This document shows, piece by piece, positions 10,036 to 17,407 of a stretch of 32,000 nucleotides of DNA; position 1 is the first letter of the stretch; every line of letters starts with the position of its first letter. The translations under genes were made by a program, and so were the position numbers. The DNA lies in the NCBI RefSeq assembly GCF_000341395.1, contig NC_020304.1, positions 2,460,001 to 2,492,000 of the forward strand. The letters are read 5' to 3'. This DNA comes from Desulfocapsa sulfexigens DSM 10523. GTDB lineage: Bacteria; Desulfobacterota; Desulfobulbia; Desulfobulbales; Desulfocapsaceae. Below the pieces are notes generated by a model. The model saw only the letters and a list, made by a program, of their open reading frames with translations. It made no database searches and was not told where the DNA came from.

Positions 10036-11211
10036 TCAGCTTTTTATCTTCATCTTCTTCAGTACTATCTCACCAAATATAAATGCCGCCAGAAAAAAGA
10101 ATATTGCTCCAGTGGTGATCATGATTTCATGGAGACTGGGGCTGTATGGGTAGTATTGGGGGAGATCAACCACATTATACTGATAGTAATGGGGGATCAG
10201 TTGGCCAACTATTACCAGATCATAAAAGAGAACAAATGAACCAACAAGACAGGATATGCTGGCAATGGCCATCGTGGTTCTGTTTTGTACTCCGGCAACA
10301 CCAATAAGAATCAATGGCAGTACAACAGCCAGTCCCACCTCGCCTATCCAGAAATTCAAAAAGAAATTGCCCTGAACCAAGTTATACATAGCCTCAGGAT
10401 TTTTTGTGAATTCAGGAAAAAAACCACCCATAACCTTAATGCCGGTGAAATAGGCAATTGCCAGGAGAAGGACCATAAACAGTCTTCCCGTACTTTGAAT
10501 GGCGAGTTCTTCGGCCCGGTTCATGGGCTTTCCTTTCAGAAGTTTGGCGGCCCAGGTGAACAGGATCACCGCTGCGCAACCACAAAGCGTTGAGAGGGAG
10601 AGGAAATAGAGAGGCATGTAGTTCTCATTCCAGAAGCCTCTTTCGCCAAGAAGAGCCATGTCGGATTTCATGTTTAGATTTCCCATGGTCACCGTGATAA
10701 AGGCGATTATGGCAAAAAATCTCGCCATTTTTTCATTTTTTACCAGTAGGGCGAGAAAGTTAAAGAGCATAAAGATCAGGAAGAGGCTGTATATGGTGGT
10801 CTTCCACCATATATTCGAGGCAGGATGTGGGGATGAGAGTGCATTCAGACCTACCCGCCAGGGGTTCTCCAGTTCCAGAGTGATACACATAAGACCTGTG
10901 GCCATGGTGGCGAGAGACAGGAAGACGGTTCGTGGAATAATAGGTTGAAAAATTTCTATTCTAAAGACCTGTCCCAGAGAGGAAATGATACATAGTCCAG
11001 TGGAGAGGCAGGCAAAGAATACGTAAGGAGTGATAAGAATGCCCCATGGCACTTCTCTTGTCGTTCCAAAGGTATGGTGATGTCCAACCAGCAACGAGTG
11101 GAGGCCAAAAGAAAGGCCTATTATACTGAGTAGCGTGAGTCCTGTAAAAAGGAGTTCAGAAGTGCCGAGTAGTGAAGGTTTTGAATCAAAATTTTGCTCG
11201 ATTGTCATCAT
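10036..11211 (-). CDS. NrfD/PsrC-family integral membrane quinone-interacting subunit
   Basis: About 10 hydrophobic segments with WGILITPYVFFACLSTGLCIISSLGQVF, adjacent to a 4Fe-4S protein and a multiheme cytochrome. Confidence 0.87.
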   Translation of the reverse strand: MMTIEQNFDSKPSLLGTSELLFTGLTLLSIIGLSFGLHSLLVGHHHTFGTTREVPWGILITPYVFFACLSTGLCIISSLGQVFRIEIFQPIIPRTVFLSLATMATGLMCITLELENPWRVGLNALSSPHPASNIWWKTTIYSLFLIFMLFNFLALLVKNEKMARFFAIIAFITVTMGNLNMKSDMALLGERGFWNENYMPLYFLSLSTLCGCAAVILFTWAAKLLKGKPMNRAEELAIQSTGRLFMVLLLAIAYFTGIKVMGGFFPEFTKNPEAMYNLVQGNFFLNFWIGEVGLAVVLPLILIGVAGVQNRTTMAIASISCLVGSFVLFYDLVIVGQLIPHYYQYNVVDLPQYYPYSPSLHEIMITTGAIFFFLAAFIFGEIVLKKMKIKS

Positions 11212-11261
11212 GCTTTTCCTGTCTGTTAGGGTTCAGTTGCTGGTACGTTTTTTTGTCTGTG

Positions 11262-12023
11262 TCAGCTCTCCACGTAAAAGACATTTGGCAGGGTGTCCAA
11301 TTCAGGACGCAGTACCCAGAACACTTTCCCAGATGTATGGATCAGTTTGTAGGCATGGCTTGTCGGATCGGTGAGATCTCCGAAAACTCTGACATTTGCG
11401 GGACAGGCCGAGGCGCATGCTGTTGTTTTACCGTTGCTCTCCTTGAGTTTGCTGTTGTAGCAGAAGTTACACTTATCAACCGCTCTGATGGCTTCATCAA
11501 AATACCTGGCATTGTAGGGACATGCCGTCATACAGGTCTTGCAGCCAATACACTTGTCGGTATTCATCTGGACAATGCCGTTTACCGTATCTTTGTAGGT
11601 GGCTCTGGTTGGACAGACTCGTACACAGGGGGCATTGTTGCAGTGATTGCAAAGGATTGGCATAAAGACGCGCTCCCTATGATCGGGTGCTACCGGGACA
11701 CTGCGTTCAAGTACTGTTGTGCGGAAGCCATCATCAGGGACTTTGTTGGTGCTGCGACACGCTTCCATGCATTTTTCGCAGCCGATACAATGCTTTTCTC
11801 TGATAACCATTGTGTAGTGCGGGCTGTAGGGAGACTTGGTTGTCAGTATTTTCCCGCCGCTAAGGGCTCCCGTTGCATTATGGGCCGAAGTCAAAGAGAG
11901 AATTGTTCCTCCTAAAAATACACCCGTGATGGAGAGTCCAAGTTGCAGAAAACAGCGCCTCTCTTTTGAGGGAAGATTCTCTGTGCCTTCATTTTTTAAA
12001 TTTTTTAGATTCGTAATCTTCAT
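11262..12023 (-). CDS. exported 4Fe-4S dicluster ferredoxin-like electron transfer subunit (NrfC/DsrO-like)
   Basis: Tat-like ERRCFLQLGLSITGVFLGG and four Cys clusters: CIGCEKCMEACR, CNHCNNAPCVRVCP, CIGCKTCMTACP, CNFCYNSK...CASACP. Confidence 0.9.
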   Translation of the reverse strand: MKITNLKNLKNEGTENLPSKERRCFLQLGLSITGVFLGGTILSLTSAHNATGALSGGKILTTKSPYSPHYTMVIREKHCIGCEKCMEACRSTNKVPDDGFRTTVLERSVPVAPDHRERVFMPILCNHCNNAPCVRVCPTRATYKDTVNGIVQMNTDKCIGCKTCMTACPYNARYFDEAIRAVDKCNFCYNSKLKESNGKTTACASACPANVRVFGDLTDPTSHAYKLIHTSGKVFWVLRPELDTLPNVFYVES

Positions 12024-12060
12024 TCGATCCCCTTGGAAGTCAACTATCTCAAGTTATTGT

Positions 12061-13497
12061 TTAAGGCTCATCGTGGCACATGTTACAGTCCTGTCCGATG
12101 ATTTTGCCAAACTTCGTTTCATGTTCATCATCATGGCAGCGGAAGCAACCATAGCCGTCATCTGCATATTGATGTCCAAGATGTTGCCGGTATGTTCCCC
12201 AGGTGACTTTCATTTTTGGCCACACATTGTTCAGATATGCTTCAAGCAGAAAGGAACCTGATACAACTATCTCCTTTTCATGTTCTGCTACGAATTCGTT
12301 TCCATGACGTTTTGCAACATGTTCGAGCAGGTCTTCAACGATTTTTTCCGCTGCTTCATCCCTGCTGGAATATTCTGTTTTGAGAACACTCATACTGTCC
12401 TCACGAATTCCTGCTATTTCAGGGTTTATTTTCCTGGAGTGGAGACCAAAGTCTATTACTTCTTCGAGGCCATCATAGACGTGGGTGGGACGATTATGAC
12501 AGTCGATACAATCCATGGTTCGCCATTTAAGTGCCACTCCCTCTTCGGGCACTTCATCAGCGATTGAATATTCCTCTGTCACTCCACCGGGTCTGGTAAC
12601 CTTTATTTTTCCAATTTTGGTACGTTTCTCGTCAAGAGCCTGATATTCAACCTTTATGTCGTGACTGACATGCCAGTGAATACCTTCAAATTCGGAAGTT
12701 ATAGGGTTGCGCCCACCGATATGCAGGGATATTTCCTGGGTATCTGCATCGGTCTGATTGTCATTAGTGAAACTGATAAATTCTTTAACTCTCTTACCGT
12801 GGAACTTTTCTGGCCAGTGGCATGATTCACAGGTGTCCCGTGCAGGTCGCAGATGCTCAACGGGAGCAGGAATTGGTCTATTGAAATCCCCATCGATAAC
12901 TGCCTTTACCTGACGCAGTCCTGAAAGCTTGGCTTGGACATACCAGTTTGCTCCGGGGCCGATATGACAGGAAACGCAGGATACTTTTGCATGTGGTGAC
13001 CTCTGATAGGCCGTGTATTCTGGATCCATAACCTGATGGCAGACAACGCCACAGAAGTAGGATGAATCGGTAAAGTGGTATCCCTCATAGGCAACCAGAA
13101 TCAGAACAGTGATGTTGACTACTGAGAGAACAATAAAAAGTAAAATACCCTTTCTGTGCTCCTTATCAGCAAGGTCTATTTTCAGATGTTCCGTGTTAAT
13201 GAGGCTGTCTTTAAACCATTTTTTGCGTCGAAAATAGCAGGAGAGCGGGATAAGGCAGAGGCCAAACAGCATCATTGCCGGTAAAAAAAGAAAGGTAAAA
13301 ATAGCAAAATAGTGATTGGCTATTAATCCAGTGAGATGGCCGATGAGACCTAATATGATCAGGGTGATGGATACGGTTGTCAGTCCCACTCCCAAAAATC
13401 CGAGTGGGGTTTTCCAGGTACAGCCGAGTAAACGTTCCCAGGCACCCAGTTCCTGATCTCCTTTCCCGTCTCCGTTGTTCTGTTGCTGATCGCTCAT
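12061..13497 (-). CDS. NapC/NirT-family membrane-anchored multiheme c-type cytochrome
   Basis: N-terminal TM segments, then CGVVCHQVMDPEYTAYQRSPHAKVSCVSCHIGPGANWYVQAKLSGLRQV. Five CXXCH sites (CVSCH, CESCH, CIDCH, CFRCH, CNMCH) plus one CX3CH site (CGVVCH). Confidence 0.92.
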   Translation of the reverse strand: MSDQQQNNGDGKGDQELGAWERLLGCTWKTPLGFLGVGLTTVSITLIILGLIGHLTGLIANHYFAIFTFLFLPAMMLFGLCLIPLSCYFRRKKWFKDSLINTEHLKIDLADKEHRKGILLFIVLSVVNITVLILVAYEGYHFTDSSYFCGVVCHQVMDPEYTAYQRSPHAKVSCVSCHIGPGANWYVQAKLSGLRQVKAVIDGDFNRPIPAPVEHLRPARDTCESCHWPEKFHGKRVKEFISFTNDNQTDADTQEISLHIGGRNPITSEFEGIHWHVSHDIKVEYQALDEKRTKIGKIKVTRPGGVTEEYSIADEVPEEGVALKWRTMDCIDCHNRPTHVYDGLEEVIDFGLHSRKINPEIAGIREDSMSVLKTEYSSRDEAAEKIVEDLLEHVAKRHGNEFVAEHEKEIVVSGSFLLEAYLNNVWPKMKVTWGTYRQHLGHQYADDGYGCFRCHDDEHETKFGKIIGQDCNMCHDEP

Positions 13498-14423
13498 ATC
13501 TCTCCTCCATTTAAGCTTTTCTGTAAAATAGCCGCGCTTTTTTCACCATTTTCTATGATTTTATAGAGTATCTTTTTTTGTTCTCCTCCAACTTGTTCAG
13601 CCTCGCAGTAATCTGCCAGCAGTTGTGAATAATTTATGATACCGTTCAGTCTATTTGTGACTTCATTTACAATGGCAGAAAACTCGGTTTCTCTTCTGCT
13701 GGGGACAACAGGGGCTTGCTCGGTACCTTCTGCTGTCAGGAGCAGTTGATTGAAAGAGTGGATTATATTCTGAACTTCGACACTGTTTTTGTGCTCATTC
13801 TTGAGGTGAATCCGGGTTTTGTCCGTCAGGGCCTGGTGGCTTTGTTTCGAAAGAAAAATAAGAGGTTGAACTGACTTTTTGTAAAGAATAATCAGGGTGA
13901 AAGTCGTCAGGAAGATGATTAATCCCATAAGGACCAGAGCTTTTTTTTGATAATACATGATCCTGTTTTTCATTTCTCCGACGACAATCCGATCAAACTG
14001 AAGAAATTGACTGTTAATCTGACGAAGGAGGCCGAGAGTCTTCAGGGCAAGTGTCCTGTCTGCGGTGGTTTCAGCGCTTTTCTTGAGGTGGATGGAGATT
14101 TCTTCAAGATCAATTTTCTTTAAAAAAGAGAGTTTATATTGTGCCGGGATAAGACGGTTATCCAGTAAGGCAATATATCGTGTGTTGAGTTGCTCAACTT
14201 CCCGGGCGGCAGCAAGGAGCTGGGTGGAATTTTCGGAGAGAAGACCTTCGGTGGCCTGTTCGCGAATAGTTGAGTAGAGGAAAATGGTTTTCTCACTGTC
14301 CTCTACGATGGAATTGTAGGTACCCATAAGACGGTTCTGGGAATAGCCAGTAATTATGAGCATGGCAAGGAGCAGTGCTGTCCCAAGAAAGGCGGCTGTG
14401 CTTAAGCTACGCAGCGATCGCAT
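13494..14423 (-). CDS. membrane sensor-kinase-like protein with a degenerate H-box and no HATPase domain
   Basis: N-terminal TM, periplasmic helical region, second TM (ALVLMGLIIFLTTFTLIIL), HAMP-like linker, then SAIVNEVTNRLNGIINYSQLLADYC, resembling a HisKA H-box. The ORF ends before any N/G boxes and overlaps the cytochrome start by 4 nt. Confidence 0.8.
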   Translation of the reverse strand: MRSLRSLSTAAFLGTALLLAMLIITGYSQNRLMGTYNSIVEDSEKTIFLYSTIREQATEGLLSENSTQLLAAAREVEQLNTRYIALLDNRLIPAQYKLSFLKKIDLEEISIHLKKSAETTADRTLALKTLGLLRQINSQFLQFDRIVVGEMKNRIMYYQKKALVLMGLIIFLTTFTLIILYKKSVQPLIFLSKQSHQALTDKTRIHLKNEHKNSVEVQNIIHSFNQLLLTAEGTEQAPVVPSRRETEFSAIVNEVTNRLNGIINYSQLLADYCEAEQVGGEQKKILYKIIENGEKSAAILQKSLNGGEI

Positions 14424-16290
14424 TTGTTTCCCGGAGATTTTGGGGCTGACTGCAGTTTTCCTTAACTGTGCAGGTGCTACAGCTTTGTTCTGGATTTGCT
14501 ACGGCTGCAGCCTCCTTTTTCAAGCTGCATTCGACTATGATCTCAAATTCCTCTCCGTCCAGCGTCTCTACCTGAAGGAGAATCTCAGCAAGATTTTTTA
14601 GAAGACACTGTTCCTGTTTCAATATTCGGACGGCCTCTTCATAGCAGCCTGTCAGGAGTTCGTTGACTTCTTTGTCAATTCGTTTTGTTGTTTCCACACC
14701 CATTATAAGACGACTTCCTGCGCCGCCAAGGAACCCACCGCTTTCCACGGCATAGGCCTGTGGTCCCAGGGTATTGCTCATGCCCCATTTGCATATCATA
14801 TCGGTGGCAATTTGAGTGGCTGTCAGAAGATCTCCCTGAGCGCCTGTGGTCTGCTCTTTGAATATAAGTTCTTCGGCTGCACGTCCGCCCATAAGTACTA
14901 TGATCTTAGTACGAAGGTACTCCTTTGAATAGGCAGGGTGGTCACTGATTGGCAGTTGTTGTGTCTGGCCCAGGGCCATGCCTCGTGGGACGATGGTGAT
15001 TTTGTGGAGTGGGTCGGATTTTGGAAGCTTGCTTGCAAGAATTCCATGCCCTGCTTCATGAAAGGCCAATATCTTCCGGTCTTCTTCACTCATCACCAGT
15101 CCCTTACGTTCAATTCCCATAAGGATACGATCACGAGCCCTTTCAAAGTCTTCATTAATTATCTGATCATTGCCTTTTCTGGCGGCCATAAGTGCAGCTT
15201 CATTTACCAGGTTAGCGAGTTCAGCACCGGTGAAGCCGGAGGTTGCCTTGGCGGTATCTTCTAGATTGACTTCCGGGTGCAGGGCAACCTTGTTTCCATA
15301 CACCTCGAGAATCTTCAGTCTTCCCTTCACATCTGGAGCCAGAATATTGATTTGACGATCAAAACGACCGGGACGTTTCAGTGCAGAATCCAGGATGTCG
15401 GGTCTGTTTGTGGCAGCAAGTACGACAATGGTATCTTCTGTGTTGAATCCATCCATCTCAACGAGCAGGGCATTCAGTGTCTGGCCCCGTTCTTCCTGGC
15501 CTCCTGCCGAGGCACCACCTGTTCTACTCGCTCCAACAGCGTCAATCTCATCGATGAAAACAATACACGGAGTGTTCTTCTTTGCTTCTTTGAAGAGATC
15601 CCTCACTCGTGAGGCGCCGACGCCGACAAACATCTCAACAAAATCGGAACCGCTGAAACTGTAGAACGGCACCTTTGCCTCACCTGCAACTGCTTTTGCA
15701 AGCATGGTCTTACCCGTGCCTGGGGGCCCCTGAAGCAGGATTCCCTTGGGAATGGTTGCACCAATCTTTTTGAAATTTTCCGGATATTTGAGAAAGGAAA
15801 CGATCTCTTCGAGTTCTTCTTTTGCCTCTGGAATCCCGGCTATGTCCTTGAAGGTTAGATTTAGATCCTTGCCGTTGAGGCTGATCAGCTTTTCACTGGC
15901 AAATTTGCTTTCTTCTTCTTTTTTAGTACGGTTTGATGACCACCATGTCGCCATGATCAGGAGAACCACAAAAACAGAAAGAATTGTTACGTAAATAATG
16001 GTAAACCTGTCTGCTTTTACAATAACGCGAATGTTTTTACCTTGGATTCTTTCCAGAAATTTACTGACATCCGGCACCGTTGTCACAAAAGTGTGATCCT
16101 CTCGATTGGTGAATGCAACTTTATTACCGGTAAACTCGAGTTTTACGATCTGATCGTTATTTAAATGCTCTATGACTTCGCTGTAATCCTGGCTGGGATG
16201 TCTGTGTTCAATAAACCAGAGTAGTGCCATAAACATGGCCAGGCCGGCAAAGAGAAAGCAGATAAGCATGTTGCGGACAAGAAGAGCCAT
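14407..16290 (-). CDS. ftsH: ATP-dependent zinc metalloprotease FtsH
   Basis: GPPGTGKTMLAKAVAGEA, FVEMFVGVGASRVRDLF, IVFIDEIDAVG, SRH-like ATNRPDILDSALKRPGRFDR and the zinc site HEAGHG. The track ORF extends to 16335, but MALLVRNMLICFLF at 16290 is the more typical start. Confidence 0.95.
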   Translation of the reverse strand: MALLVRNMLICFLFAGLAMFMALLWFIEHRHPSQDYSEVIEHLNNDQIVKLEFTGNKVAFTNREDHTFVTTVPDVSKFLERIQGKNIRVIVKADRFTIIYVTILSVFVVLLIMATWWSSNRTKKEEESKFASEKLISLNGKDLNLTFKDIAGIPEAKEELEEIVSFLKYPENFKKIGATIPKGILLQGPPGTGKTMLAKAVAGEAKVPFYSFSGSDFVEMFVGVGASRVRDLFKEAKKNTPCIVFIDEIDAVGASRTGGASAGGQEERGQTLNALLVEMDGFNTEDTIVVLAATNRPDILDSALKRPGRFDRQINILAPDVKGRLKILEVYGNKVALHPEVNLEDTAKATSGFTGAELANLVNEAALMAARKGNDQIINEDFERARDRILMGIERKGLVMSEEDRKILAFHEAGHGILASKLPKSDPLHKITIVPRGMALGQTQQLPISDHPAYSKEYLRTKIIVLMGGRAAEELIFKEQTTGAQGDLLTATQIATDMICKWGMSNTLGPQAYAVESGGFLGGAGSRLIMGVETTKRIDKEVNELLTGCYEEAVRILKQEQCLLKNLAEILLQVETLDGEEFEIIVECSLKKEAAAVANPEQSCSTCTVKENCSQPQNLRETNAIAA

Positions 16291-16496
16291 ATAGCAGAGT
16301 CCTTTAGGTTGCCATAAAAGAATATGGAAAAGCACCAGCTGATAGAGTTTTAACTGCGTGGGCTTTTCCTGAGGGGAGCAGGTGAACCTCGAAATAGTGT
16401 CGGTAATGAAAGGTAGCTATGTTGCCTTACCGTTGACCATCCATGTTAGCCTTTTTATCACAGGTGGTTAAAATGAGGACTTCACTGTAGACACAT

Positions 16497-16521
16497 CCGC
16501 AGGGGTGAAAACCCCCTGCGG
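16497..16521. terminator. GC-rich hairpin between the small ORF pair and ftsH; possible weak terminator or processing element
   Basis: CCGCAGGGG-TGAAAAC-CCCCTGCGG, a perfect 9-bp stem with 7-nt loop. It lacks a strong T-tract on the minus-strand downstream side. Confidence 0.5.
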
Positions 16522-16574
16522 CATATCTTTTACTTCTATTCCCTCATTGGTTTTTATTTCCATTCCTGAAGATC

Positions 16575-16799
16575 TTACATACCACTTACAGCTTTGAGCC
16601 AGCCTCCAGCGAGCTGCAGGGGGCCACCTGCCTGAAACATTGCACTGGCAAGACAGGCGATGCTCCAGAGTCCAACAACCCCTGCAAATGCTGCTATACT
16701 TCCGATAATAACCTTGTCTATTTCGGTGGAAACTGAACTCGTCGTACTGTCTTGAACCGTTGATTTACTTTTTTGTTTAGTAAGTACTGTGTCATCCAT
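16575..16799 (-). CDS. 74-aa predicted single-TM protein of unknown function, paralog A
   Basis: MDDTVLTKQKSKSTVQDSTTSSVSTEIDKVIIGSIAAFAGVVGLWSIACLASAMFQAGGPLQLAGGWLKAVSGM. Same length and pattern as the neighbouring ORF 16837..17061. Confidence 0.85.
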   Translation of the reverse strand: MDDTVLTKQKSKSTVQDSTTSSVSTEIDKVIIGSIAAFAGVVGLWSIACLASAMFQAGGPLQLAGGWLKAVSGM

Positions 16800-16836
16800 T
16801 TTTCTTTCCTCTCATTGATGTGTTTGAAAAGTATCG

Positions 16837-17061
16837 TTACATTCCTGCCAGTGCTTTAAAGTAGCTTCCAACAAGTTGCAGGGGGCCACCGGCCTGGAAC
16901 ATGGCACTCATAAGACATGCGACACTCCATAATGCAACAACGCCTGTAAAGGCTGCAACGCTGCCAAGGATCACTTTGTCAATTTCAGCGGAGGCGCTTG
17001 TTGTTGTTTGTTCATGAGTCCTGGCCTGGCCTTTTTGTTTTGTCAGTGTCGCTTCACTCAT
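16837..17061 (-). CDS. 74-aa predicted single-TM protein of unknown function, paralog B
   Basis: MSEATLTKQKGQARTHEQTTTSASAEIDKVILGSVAAFTGVVALWSVACLMSAMFQAGGPLQLVGSYFKALAGM; 47 of 74 positions identical to paralog A by hand alignment. Preceded by a sigma-54-like promoter. Confidence 0.87.
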   Translation of the reverse strand: MSEATLTKQKGQARTHEQTTTSASAEIDKVILGSVAAFTGVVALWSVACLMSAMFQAGGPLQLVGSYFKALAGM

Positions 17062-17110
17062 GGGGTCTCCTTTGATGGTGTGAGGGGGATGTTCTGTTCT
17101 GCCTCTCTAG

Positions 17111-17128
17111 TTGCATGCTCCGTGCCAG
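17111..17128 (-). promoter_or_regulatory. sigma-54 (-24/-12) promoter upstream of the tandem small-protein genes
   Basis: Minus-strand CTGGCACG-GAGC-ATGCAA against consensus YTGGCACG-N4-TTGCW, with one mismatch in the -12 element. The GG-to-GC spacing is retained, and it lies about 50 nt upstream of ATG 17061. Confidence 0.8.
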
Positions 17129-17248
17129 AGTTATGAGAGAAACGGGAAAGAAAGACTTCGTTGTGGGGTAAATTCTCGATATTAAAGGGATAAATAATGT
17201 GCCACAATGTGGTGCATAATTGTGTGCCAGGAAAGACATTACTGGTGG

Positions 17249-17319
17249 TGTCCCAAATGTGTACCAGGGGTGTCCCGCCGATGTCCCACAACTGTCCCGG
17301 AAATGTCCCGTTGTGTCCC
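17249..17319. repeat. helically phased direct-repeat array TGT(C/A)CC; candidate enhancer / UAS
   Basis: Motif starts at 17249 (TGTCCC), 17260 (TGTACC), 17271, 17282, 17293, 17304 and 17314 (all TGTCCC), giving spacings of 11,11,11,11,11,10 bp. Confidence 0.85.
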
Positions 17320-17407
17320 TTATTGGAAATGAGATAAAATCTCAAATAGTTAGGGTAAAGGATGCATTGGTGCTAAGAGAGGAGAGAAGGACGGATGATG
17401 GTGTAGA

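Noticed and set aside
11172-11915. 247-aa plus-strand ORF opposite the 4Fe-4S gene
   Set aside because: Antisense shadow of a Cys-rich coding sequence. No plausible start context or domain.
13494-14423. Pseudogene call for the kinase-like ORF
   Set aside because: The frame is intact with a complete sensor topology and a 4-nt overlap with the next gene. There are no internal stops or visible remnants of an ATPase domain downstream.
16497-16521. Definite intrinsic terminator
   Set aside because: The stem is good but no strong T-run follows on either strand, so only moderate confidence is given.
17249-17319. CRISPR array or minisatellite interpretation of the TGTCCC repeats
   Set aside because: The conserved unit is only 6 bp with 4-5 bp variable spacers, far too short for CRISPR. 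The variable remainder and promoter-proximal location fit binding sites better.
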